A DNA stretch of 64,000 nucleotides from a phage. Both the position numbers and the translations under genes were made by a program. Below the pieces are notes generated by a model. The model was not told the DNA's origin, searched no databases, and saw nothing but the letters and a program-made list of their open reading frames with translations. This document shows positions 1-7,277 of this stretch, piece by piece. Each line of letters begins with the position of its first letter. Within the stretch, counting starts at the first letter, position 1. The stretch lies in the sequence record PZ534534.1, one strand, 5' to 3'.

Positions 1-554
1 AAAAGATTGCAAAACGTTATCAGAATGAAGAACAGATGGAGAAAACTTTCAAGTGGAAGCCAGGTTTCCAGCGTAATCATTCTAACGCTCGTGATCGTAA
101 GCATCCGGATAAGTGGTTAACACCGCCAAATGATGGCATTCAGGTTGGTGATGAGAAGGAGCTGTCACCTGGAAAAGATGGCAACTACATTCGAACTAAG
201 GAAGCAGGTCCAAAGGATGACAGCTATCTTGTAGATAAGGTTCTTGACGGTGTTGATGTAGGTGTTGACACTGCACGAAACCTTTTTCTTGGTTGGTATC
301 GCACAGGGTTTTTCGACATCAAGGCTATTCGTCGTGTTTGTGATATTAAAAAGTCTGCCTACGATGATGATTCCCTACATCGCACTCTGAGACAATACTC
401 AGAGAGATACGGTCATCCAGTTATCACTCTTGACGATATTAACGAAGTGATGTATCATGTAGAGGTTGTTGCAGGCAGGTTCGGTGATGCATATCTCGGT
501 ATTCTTTCTGCAAAGGATGAGGTAATGTTAAATAAGATTTACTATGAACGCTGA
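1..554 (+). CDS. hypothetical protein, possibly 5'-partial
   Basis: ORF track 36..554; the reading frame stays open back to window position 3, so the true start may lie upstream of the window. Confidence 0.35.
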   Translation, partial: KIAKRYQNEEQMEKTFKWKPGFQRNHSNARDRKHPDKWLTPPNDGIQVGDEKELSPGKDGNYIRTKEAGPKDDSYLVDKVLDGVDVGVDTARNLFLGWYRTGFFDIKAIRRVCDIKKSAYDDDSLHRTLRQYSERYGHPVITLDDINEVMYHVEVVAGRFGDAYLGILSAKDEVMLNKIYYER

Positions 555-753
555 GGGGCTATTAATGAATAATCCGGTAGCAAAGAACTGTAATAAATTC
601 AACAAGTCTGCGATTCACACTGACAGGAAAAAGAGTTGGTTTCCTGACATTGACGAGGAGCTTGAGAGTTACTTTGAAGATTTAGTCACCAATGCAGAGG
701 AGGTTGCGATTAAAGAATACGCAGACAGGCGAGATAAGGCCGGAATCTGTTGA
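544..753 (+). CDS. hypothetical small protein
   Basis: 69-aa ORF with GAGGGG Shine-Dalgarno about 8 nt upstream; overlaps the previous stop. Confidence 0.4.
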   Translation: MNAEGLLMNNPVAKNCNKFNKSAIHTDRKKSWFPDIDEELESYFEDLVTNAEEVAIKEYADRRDKAGIC

Positions 754-778
754 CAAAAATAATGTTACCTGATAAGAT
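750..778 (+). promoter_or_regulatory. sigma70-like promoter (TTGACA-17-TAAGAT)
   Basis: Consensus -35 with 17-nt spacer, read directly from sequence. Confidence 0.5.
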
Positions 779-829
779 CTGCAATATGATGTGATACAAT
801 TTTAACTTACGAGGTCTACAGGTAATGCT

Positions 830-1072
830 ATGTTTAAGGTTAAGCTCGTTTTTCGTTCCATGAATGAGGATTATTTAGAAGATGAAGGTGAATTTCGTGC
901 ACTGGATGATGCAATAGATTTTGCCAACGACTTAGCTTGTATGAATACGGGTTATGGGCTATGCTGTTGGGATGGTGGTGTTCAGATCGGTGATAGCAAG
1001 ATCTTCTACTTCTACCCTGAGCCTGATAACAAACAAATTAAGTATGTTTTATTTATTTGTGCTTTACAATGA
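830..1072 (+). CDS. hypothetical small protein
   Basis: 80-aa ORF downstream of promoter at 750. Confidence 0.4.
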   Translation: MFKVKLVFRSMNEDYLEDEGEFRALDDAIDFANDLACMNTGYGLCCWDGGVQIGDSKIFYFYPEPDNKQIKYVLFICALQ

Positions 1073-1359
1073 GGTTGTTTTCGTGTATCATGATGAATAT
1101 CCAATTTAAAGATGAATTTGATGGCTTTATCTCCGGATGCTTTGAAACAGGGTTCGGAGAAGACTGAGTTCCCCTTAGAGGGCTTGATAGTGCACCACAC
1201 TTAAAATGGTAGGGGCAGCCAGCACATGACGATGTGACCCCAGCCAACCTGTAATAAGGTCGAGCCAAAGTGCGGTAATGGGCTCTGGTAACCCACTTGT
1301 TGGGTCTTGCTGGTCTAGGACGCTGGACAAGTCGCAGGGAATACCACCCTGCGGCGAAC

Positions 1360-1388
1360 TTGACAATCAGTATTTGCTATGATAAAAT
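1360..1388 (+). promoter_or_regulatory. sigma70-like promoter (TTGACA-17-TAAAAT)
   Basis: Perfect -35, 17-nt spacer, TAAAAT -10, about 28 nt upstream of the ATG at 1417. Confidence 0.6.
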
Positions 1389-1416
1389 CCACCTATCACG
1401 TGATAATGGAGGAAAC

Positions 1417-1755
1417 ATGGCGGATACAACTAAAAAGCGTCGCCGTAGAGGCAGACCTCTGAAAGAGGAGTCCAACGCCATTCAGCTAGAGAAGAACATC
1501 CTTGATATGAAGGAATCTTTTATAGCGATGGTTCCAGAAGCTCACAAAGTTTTAAGAGAGCTGATGTTGGACCCGAAAACCAAACAAAATATTCGTCAAA
1601 GCATTGCAGAGTATGTTCTTGATAAGGCAGACCGAATGCAGGAAGAATATGATGAGATGTTCGGTGAAGAGGAAGAGGTGGTAGTAGAAGAGGCTGAAAA
1701 ACCAGCACCTTTTATGCCATTTACCACAGAAATACAGCCTGTTGGCAATAGTTAA
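1417..1755 (+). CDS. hypothetical protein with basic N-terminus and acidic C-terminus
   Basis: ATG at 1417 preceded by GGAGGA; N-terminus KKRRRRGRP; the ORF-track start at 1297 lacks an RBS. Confidence 0.5.
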   Translation: MADTTKKRRRRGRPLKEESNAIQLEKNILDMKESFIAMVPEAHKVLRELMLDPKTKQNIRQSIAEYVLDKADRMQEEYDEMFGEEEEVVVEEAEKPAPFMPFTTEIQPVGNS

Positions 1756-1764
1756 AATATTTTC

Positions 1765-1793
1765 TTGACAAACTTTGCTTAACAGTGTAATAT
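1765..1793 (+). promoter_or_regulatory. sigma70-like promoter upstream of tRNA cluster (TTGACA-17-TAATAT)
   Basis: Consensus hexamers with 17-nt spacer about 60 nt before the first tRNA. Confidence 0.6.
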
Positions 1794-1851
1794 TGTAAAC
1801 ATGGTCTCCCACCTTTTCTGGCGGCTAAGGTGTAAAAGAAAGCCACCCAGT

Positions 1852-1926
1852 GCCCTGTTAGCTTAGTGGATAAAGCAGCGGCCTTCTAAGCCGTTGACAC
1901 TGGTTCGAGTCCAGTACGGGGTGCCA
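1852..1926 (+). tRNA. tRNA-Arg (anticodon TCT)
   Basis: Cloverleaf folded by hand: acceptor GCCCTGT/ACGGGGT, anticodon loop CTTCTAA, T-loop TTCGAGT, CCA encoded. Confidence 0.8.
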
Positions 1927-1930
1927 AATT

Positions 1931-2017
1931 GGGGAGTTATCCCGTAGAGGTAGCGGTGTAGACTGTAAATCTATTGTCATTGCGACTCGGGTGGTTCGAC
2001 TCCACCACTCCCCACCA
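1931..2017 (+). tRNA. tRNA-Tyr (anticodon GTA), long variable arm
   Basis: Acceptor GGGGAGT/ACTCCCC, anticodon loop CTGTAAA, variable arm and T-arm GGTGG-TTCGACT-CCACC; layout matches bacterial tRNA-Tyr. Confidence 0.8.
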
Positions 2018-2131
2018 AATTTACATTTTTAAATGCATAAATCATACAGATAATGGCATTGATATTTATCGTCGTTTATACTAGTCACTAACTGCTCGAA
2101 AATCAGTGTCATTATCAGTATTGTTTATAAA

Positions 2132-2222
2132 TGAGGGTAGGGAGCAATGGTGCTCAAGCGGTCTTGAAAACCGTCCCGTTGAGGATGACTCGATGATGGT
2201 TCGATTCCATTACCCTCAGCCA
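2132..2222 (+). tRNA. tRNA-Ser (anticodon TGA), long variable arm
   Basis: Acceptor TGAGGGT/ACCCTCA, anticodon loop CTTGAAA, long variable arm, T-loop TTCGATT, discriminator G plus CCA. Confidence 0.7.
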
Positions 2223-2320
2223 TATTGTTGACCTTGTAATTAAGCGAAAGCCGGAAGCAGAACCGGATTATCAAATGTTACAGTCGTCATCGCCGACTAG
2301 CAACATGGTCAACATACTGA

Positions 2321-2417
2321 GCTAGGTAAGCCCTTTGGCAAGGGCGAGGATTTTTAATCCTGAAAATAGACGAGGTAGTCGTTGAATACATAGGTGGTTC
2401 GATTCCATCACCTAGCA
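2321..2417 (+). tRNA. atypical tRNA-like gene, anticodon loop TTTTTAA (UUU, Lys-like) with about 30-nt variable region
   Basis: Perfect 7-bp acceptor GCTAGGT/ACCTAGC, D-arm GCCC-TTTGGCAA-GGGC, T-arm GGTGG-TTCGATT-CCATC; anticodon arm imperfect; CCA not encoded. Confidence 0.45.
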
Positions 2418-2424
2418 CCTTTTT

Positions 2425-2500
2425 GCTGATGTAGCACAATTGGTAGTGCAATTGATTTGTAATCAATAGGTTGCAGGTTCGAGTCCTGCTATCAGCACCA
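2425..2500 (+). tRNA. tRNA-Thr (anticodon TGT)
   Basis: Acceptor GCTGATG/TATCAGC, anticodon stem ATTGA/TCAAT, loop TTTGTAA, T-arm GCAGG-TTCGAGT-CCTGC, CCA encoded. Confidence 0.8.
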
Positions 2501-2501
2501 T

Positions 2502-2576
2502 GGCCCTGTAGCTGGAAGGTTCAAGCAAGCGACTCATAATCGCCAGACGGTGGTTCAATTCCACCCAGGGCCACCA
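2502..2576 (+). tRNA. tRNA with CAT anticodon (Met, fMet or Ile-lysidine)
   Basis: Acceptor GGCCCTG/CAGGGCC, anticodon loop CTCATAA, T-arm GGTGG-TTCAATT-CCACC, CCA encoded. Confidence 0.8.
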
Positions 2577-2587
2577 AATAATAAATA

Positions 2588-2664
2588 CTCCGCGTAGCTC
2601 AGCTTGGTAGAGCGCCTGATTTGGGATCAGGAGGTCGAGTGTTCGAATCACTCCGTGGAGACCA
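2588..2664 (+). tRNA. tRNA-Pro (anticodon TGG)
   Basis: Acceptor CTCCGCG/CGTGGAG, D-arm TAGCTCAGCTTGGTAGAGC, anticodon stem CCTGA/TCAGG, loop TTTGGGA, T-loop TTCGAAT, CCA encoded. Confidence 0.85.
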
Positions 2665-2710
2665 CTTTCAGTTATACTTTAAACATATACAAACAAAAGG
2701 AACCTTTAAA

Positions 2711-2980
2711 ATGTATACACTTAAAATTGTAGAGCGTGTAAATCCAACCCATACTGTAGATTTTCGTGACGATTTCAATCCTCTGGCTGTAAATCTTCGA
2801 GAGTCATATCATGAACTCAGCTGCGATGCAGTGGTGGTCTTTTTTGAAGACAACTCTGAAGGGGCAGTAGCTTGTGTTGTTGATAGTGAGCAGAAGTTTT
2901 ATATTTACAGAGATGTAGATGCATACTTGATGAATGAAAATGCAGTTACTGTTAGAATCATCCACCGAGTGCCTCGATAA
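2711..2980 (+). CDS. hypothetical protein
   Basis: ORF track 2621..2980 overlaps tRNA-Pro; internal ATG at 2711 with AAAGGA RBS taken as start. Confidence 0.45.
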   Translation: MYTLKIVERVNPTHTVDFRDDFNPLAVNLRESYHELSCDAVVVFFEDNSEGAVACVVDSEQKFYIYRDVDAYLMNENAVTVRIIHRVPR

Positions 2981-3032
2981 GTATTAGTCTCCTTTTAGTT
3001 AGTTTCGATCTATTTAGGTTACTCAATTTTAA

Positions 3033-3067
3033 CCCGCCCCGTTAGCTGCATAGCTGCGGGGTTTTTT
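3033..3067 (+). terminator. rho-independent terminator
   Basis: GC-rich hairpin (CCCGCCCC...GCGGGG) followed by TTTTTT. Confidence 0.55.
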
Positions 3068-3085
3068 CGTTTCTGGAGCCTTAAA

Positions 3086-3484
3086 ATGATTTCAGTTTTA
3101 ACATGGCTGAGTAGGTATAAAGGGATCATAAAAGGTTTAGTTTTTGCAGCTGCGATAGGTACAGCTTATCTTGGGGCCGTGTATTGGTTTAACTCCAAGC
3201 TTAATGATGCCTACCAGGAGGGTGTGTCAGCAACAGAGTTAAAGTGGGAACGGATCCTTGATCAGCAACAAAAGCAGGCCGACAAGATTAAAATGGGCCA
3301 CGCAGAGGAGGTTAAAAACCTTGAAAAATCTCTTTCTGATCTGCAGGATAAATTAAATATAGCTGAGAGGGCAGGTAAAGAAAAGCAGATTATTTACCTC
3401 CAATCACCTGAGGGTAAGAAGTCAACACTCCCTGATCAGCTTATAGATATTTATAATGAGAGTATTAATCAGGAGGGTCGATGA
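3086..3484 (+). CDS. inner-membrane spanin (i-spanin, Rz-like)
   Basis: N-terminal TM helix (GLVFAAAIGTAYLGAVYWF) followed by charged coiled-coil region; overlaps the lipoprotein gene by 4 nt. Confidence 0.65.
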   Translation: MISVLTWLSRYKGIIKGLVFAAAIGTAYLGAVYWFNSKLNDAYQEGVSATELKWERILDQQQKQADKIKMGHAEEVKNLEKSLSDLQDKLNIAERAGKEKQIIYLQSPEGKKSTLPDQLIDIYNESINQEGR

Positions 3485-3768
3485 GAGTTGCTGCACTGTT
3501 TATTGTGTGCTTGTTATTATGTGGGTGTGCAACCAGCGTTGAGAGAGAATACAAGATTGACCCTCCTGATGTAGGAAGGTTGATTGTTAAACCCCCGGAA
3601 GGTGCCATGAAACCACCTGCTAAAGCTATGCCTTTGAAGAAAGGTGCGCCAGATGCAGTGAATTCTGGCATTATGAGGGATAATAATCTGTCTTGTAGCA
3701 ATGATAGAGCTAAATTGATCATTTTGCAAGACTATATTAGAACACTGTTTCCAAAGGAGAGAGGTTAA
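3481..3768 (+). CDS. outer-membrane lipoprotein spanin (o-spanin, Rz1-like)
   Basis: Signal peptide with lipobox-like LLLCGC, Pro-rich 95-aa product; classic spanin gene pair arrangement. Confidence 0.65.
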   Translation: MRVAALFIVCLLLCGCATSVEREYKIDPPDVGRLIVKPPEGAMKPPAKAMPLKKGAPDAVNSGIMRDNNLSCSNDRAKLIILQDYIRTLFPKERG

Positions 3769-4193
3769 TGTCTAAGATTTACGGACCGTGTTCTGAAAAG
3801 CAGAAGATGATCCTTGAAAACGATGCAGATATTTTGGTAATCGGCGGTGCCGCAGGGTCTGGCAAGTCGTTCCTCTTGCAATTGATGCCACTTAAAATTA
3901 TTGATGACCCCCACAGCTCTGTGGTTATGTTCCGAAGAACAACCCCACAGTTGGAAGGTGAGGGTGGACTATGGCCTAAAGCAGTAGCTATTTATAGTGA
4001 TCTGCCTGAAAACATTAAGCCAAAGTTCAGAGAGAAGGATCATAAGTTCATTTTTCCACGGTTTGATCCGAACACCGGCAAGTGGGATAGAAGCAAAAAG
4101 GGAGCTGTTGTAAAATACTGCCACATGGAGTATGTACAAGATAAGCTTAACCATCAAGGGCTTGAGTATACCATGGTTTGCTTCGATGAGGGT
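3768..4193 (+). CDS. terL: terminase large subunit, exon 1 (ATPase Walker A GGAAGSGKS, Walker B MVCFDE)
   Basis: Walker A/B motifs typical of terminase ATPase domain; ORF ends with in-frame stop immediately after the predicted 5' splice site (GAGGGT|TAATT). Confidence 0.8.
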
Positions 4194-5076
4194 TAATTTG
4201 TAGCTCTCGTAAAACCTCCCTAATTGCGGGGAAATCTTTATTATTGACACCACCAACCTGTCATGGTAACATGATAGAGGCTTCGAAGAGAGATCGAAGG
4301 TATGGTAACAGTGTGTTAATTTAGATAATCCGCAGCGAAGCATCCGAGAGGATGAACGTTCAACGACTAGTCGAAAGACGTAGAATCAAGCGATTCGAAA
4401 CGGGAGGGTGAATGTGTAATACTAAAAAATGTATGGATTGCCAAAGAGTTCTACCTATTGATGATTTCTTTTTATCATCTAAGAGCAAGGATGGATACTC
4501 AGGTACATGCAAGGAATGCTATATGTACTACAGGAAGGGTGGATCTCGTAAAAACAAAAATATGGTTAAGAGAGATGACGCAGCATTGTTTATTCAAGAC
4601 TTGCTGAAGAAAGGTGAACTTTTTGAATGCAAATCTTGTCATGAAAGTATGCTCGCTGATAGTTTTTACACAAAACGTGACTATGGTAAAGTATATCTGG
4701 TTACGAACAGGTGTAAGATGTGTGAAAAGTTTTATCAGATTGAGAAGAAATTTCACATAACAAAAGATGAATACTATCGTCTACTCTCAGATCAAGATCA
4801 TAAGTGTGCCATTTGTAGAATATCCCTTGATGAGTATAGGACGCAAGGGTATAGAGATTTCTTTTGTGTTGATCATGACCATAAAACTGGTGCTGTAAGA
4901 GGGTTGCTTTGTGATAAATGCAACAGAGCTTTAGGTTTCTTCCAAGAGGATGAGGAAACTATTCTTAGAGCGGCAGAGTATTTACACATTCATAAGATAT
5001 AGTCTGGTCTGCATGGAGACATGCAGCTGCCTGAAAATGGCGGGGCAAGACTAGCGACCTTGCCCGAACATAAACG
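4194..5076 (+). mobile_element. group I intron 1 (td-like) in terminase gene, carrying an HNH endonuclease ORF
   Basis: Begins TAATTT after exon-terminal U; 3' core CTGCATGGAGACATGCAGCTG...GGCGGGGCAAGACTAGCGACCTTGCCCGAACATAAACG closely parallels the T4 td intron core as recalled from memory; exon reading frames are restored across it. Confidence 0.7.
4412..5002 (+). CDS. intron-encoded homing endonuclease, endonuclease VII-like HNH zinc-finger type
   Basis: Motif CAIC...VDHDHKTGAVRGLLCDKCNRALG matches the recombination endonuclease VII / HNH pattern; several CxxC pairs; own RBS GGGAGGG. Confidence 0.8.
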   Translation: MCNTKKCMDCQRVLPIDDFFLSSKSKDGYSGTCKECYMYYRKGGSRKNKNMVKRDDAALFIQDLLKKGELFECKSCHESMLADSFYTKRDYGKVYLVTNRCKMCEKFYQIEKKFHITKDEYYRLLSDQDHKCAICRISLDEYRTQGYRDFFCVDHDHKTGAVRGLLCDKCNRALGFFQEDEETILRAAEYLHIHKI

Positions 5077-5393
5077 ACACAATTCGAATGGGAGCAGATA
5101 GACTATCTGATGTCTCGTCTGCGATCTCAGTCAAAGTATCCATCAAGAATGGTTATCAGCTGTAACCCCGATTCAGAACACATGCTTGCCAAACTGGTTA
5201 GATGGTGGTTGGACGATGAAGGGTATCCAGATCCGGAGAAATGCGGTAAGAAAAGATATTTTATCCGACGCGACGGTGAATTTATCTGGGGAGACTCTAA
5301 AGAAGAGTTGATAGAGAAATACACCACGGTTAACGGACTGGGTGTTGAGATCAAGCCAAGACCGTTGTCATTCTCGTTTATAGGCGCAACCAT
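5077..5393 (+). CDS. terL: terminase large subunit, exon 2
   Basis: In-frame continuation (TQFEWEQIDYLMSRL...SFSFIGATI) with no RBS at the internal ATG (5110); boundaries inferred from frame conservation and td-like intron ends. Confidence 0.65.
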
Positions 5394-6372
5394 TAAATGA
5401 TAGTGGCTTCGTGCAGAAATGCACGTCGAATAACTTCGTTAATTGCTGGGAAATCCGATTGCTAAACGGACAATCAGCAGCTATAATTACCCTTCCGAAC
5501 CTGTAGTAGGGAGATGTTTGAAATGAAAAATTTAGGCTTTTTAGGCTACAATCATTATTGTGCTACATACGATGGCAGAATTTACAGTCTGTATTCTAAT
5601 AAATTCCTCCATCCTAATGTGCAGAAAAAGACTGGCTATGCTATGGTAACTTTGTGCGAGGACGGTAAAAAGTTCCAAGTGCTCGTTCACAGAGTGATTG
5701 CTATGACTTTTGTTGATAATGACAATCCCAGCGTGAAAACTCAAGTAAACCACCTAGATGGTAATAAGTTGAATAACGCCGCATGGAACCTTGAGTGGAC
5801 AACGCCTGAGGAAAACACACATCACGCTCATGAAATGGGACTTAAAAAGGACTATGTCAATAAATACAGGTCCCTGGATGATGCCACTGCTCTTGAAATA
5901 TGTAGGCTGTTAGAACAAGGCGCAAGGGTAAAAGACATTTGTGAAATGTTCGGTGTCAATCAACCACTTGTAAGTGGTATAAAGAATGGCTCAGTATACC
6001 CAGATATTTCTAAAGAGTTTAACTTTAGAAAAGTGCCAACCTCTAATCGGATAAGTGAGCACAAGATAATAGGTATCTGCGAGGATCTTAGTGATAAGGT
6101 CTTGTGTGTCAATAAAATAGCTAAGAAGTGGGGAGTAAGTTTTAGTGTTGTTAAAGGAATAAAAGACCGTAAGACTTACACCTATATTTCAAACAATTAC
6201 GATTGGTAATGTAGTTCAACGACTATCCCGAGAGGGAGTAGGGCGCAAGCTTATGGCGCTCGAAAAGCGAAGCACCCTGAAATGGGTGGTGATATAGTCT
6301 ACTCTGCATGGTAACATGCAGCAGCACGTAAAGGTGCGGAAGGTGGTGTTGCGACCACCTTTGAATATAAGG
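5394..6372 (+). mobile_element. group I intron 2 (td-like) in terminase gene, carrying an HNH endonuclease ORF
   Basis: 3' core ACGACTATCCC...GGGAGTAGGG...GATATAGTCTACTCTGCATGGTAACATGCAGCAG plus P9-like hairpin AAGGTGGTgttgcgACCACCTT; the exon-3 frame opens only 2 nt before the predicted 3' splice site. Confidence 0.7.
5514..6209 (+). CDS. intron-encoded HNH homing endonuclease with C-terminal HTH
   Basis: Motifs VHRVIAMTFV...VNHLDGNKLNN...NLEWTTPEEN are the canonical HNH endonuclease signature seen in phage homing endonucleases. Confidence 0.85.
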   Translation: MFEMKNLGFLGYNHYCATYDGRIYSLYSNKFLHPNVQKKTGYAMVTLCEDGKKFQVLVHRVIAMTFVDNDNPSVKTQVNHLDGNKLNNAAWNLEWTTPEENTHHAHEMGLKKDYVNKYRSLDDATALEICRLLEQGARVKDICEMFGVNQPLVSGIKNGSVYPDISKEFNFRKVPTSNRISEHKIIGICEDLSDKVLCVNKIAKKWGVSFSVVKGIKDRKTYTYISNNYDW

Positions 6373-7177
6373 ATTCGATAATCCTGTCTGCCTGAGAGAT
6401 AACCCAGAATACCTTGCTTTCCTTGAAGGTCTACCAGAGCTGGAAAAAGCTCAGCTTCTCCATGGTAACTGGTTTGCAAAGCCTGAGGGTGCAAACTATT
6501 TTCAAAGATCTTTCCTTCGTGATGCCGATAGAGTACCTCTTGGGTCAGTATCTTGCAGGGCATGGGATAAGGCAGGAACCGAGAGAACTTCCGGTAATAA
6601 ATTTCCTGACTTTACTGCCAGTATTAAGGTAAGTAAAGATAGCGACGGCTTTTATTACCTGTCCGGTGATTATTGTCCTGAGAACGTGGATGACGGGAGG
6701 TATTCCACAGGTCTGGAAGGCAAGTTCTGTAAAAAGGCTGGTGAACGAGATGTGATCATCAGGAAACAGGCGCAGTTCGATGGTGATGATTGCATAATCG
6801 TCTTCTCTGTGGACCCAGGGCAGGCAGGTAAGAGTGAGTTCTTAACCTCCTCCAGATCCTTGCTTGCCGAAGGGTTCAGGGTTGAAGAAGACCCAATGCC
6901 TTCCAACAAGTCTAAACTGACAAGGTTCTCACCTTTTGCCAATCTTGCCCAACAAGGAATGGTGAGGATTGTAAAATCCAGTTTCCATCCTGATACTCTG
7001 GAAGCATTTCTGACTGAACTTGAAAAATTCAACGGGGAAAGATCAACATTTAACAGAAAAGACGACTGGGCCGACTGCGTAGCTTCTGCGATTAATTTCC
7101 TGGAGAAAGAGGAGGTAGCACTTCCTTGTGTGATTCCATCAATCTCATCACCTTCTATGTTCAAGCGTTTTATCTAA
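6373..7177 (+). CDS. terL: terminase large subunit, exon 3 (nuclease domain)
   Basis: DNPEYLAFLEG...LHGNWF... motif block typical of the terminase C-terminal nuclease domain; frame matches exons 1+2 for a total of about 515 aa. Confidence 0.75.
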
Positions 7178-7180
7178 GTG

Positions 7181-7209
7181 TTGCCAATCTTAATTAGATG
7201 TGGTACAAT
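7181..7209 (+). promoter_or_regulatory. sigma70-like promoter (TTGCCA-17-TACAAT)
   Basis: Hexamers with 17-nt spacer upstream of the portal gene. Confidence 0.5.
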
Positions 7210-7277
7210 AAAGTAATTGGAGATACTAGCCCTCTGACGAGGGCTATTTTGTTATACTGTTTTGAGGGGTAAAGCTT

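Noticed and set aside
2621-2710. 5' extension of the ORF-track CDS 2621..2980 across tRNA-Pro
   Set aside because: The first 90 nt overlap a well-formed tRNA gene and have no RBS; the internal ATG at 2711 with an AAAGGA RBS is the more plausible start.
6670-7164. 164-aa minus-strand ORF overlapping terminase exon 3
   Set aside because: The + strand frame carries recognisable terminase nuclease-domain blocks; the antisense ORF has no RBS and no recognisable features.
3768-7177. Inteins as an explanation for the interrupted terminase
   Set aside because: The insertions have in-frame stops, their own RBS-driven ORFs and non-coding flanks with group I intron core sequence, so they are not in-frame protein-splicing elements.
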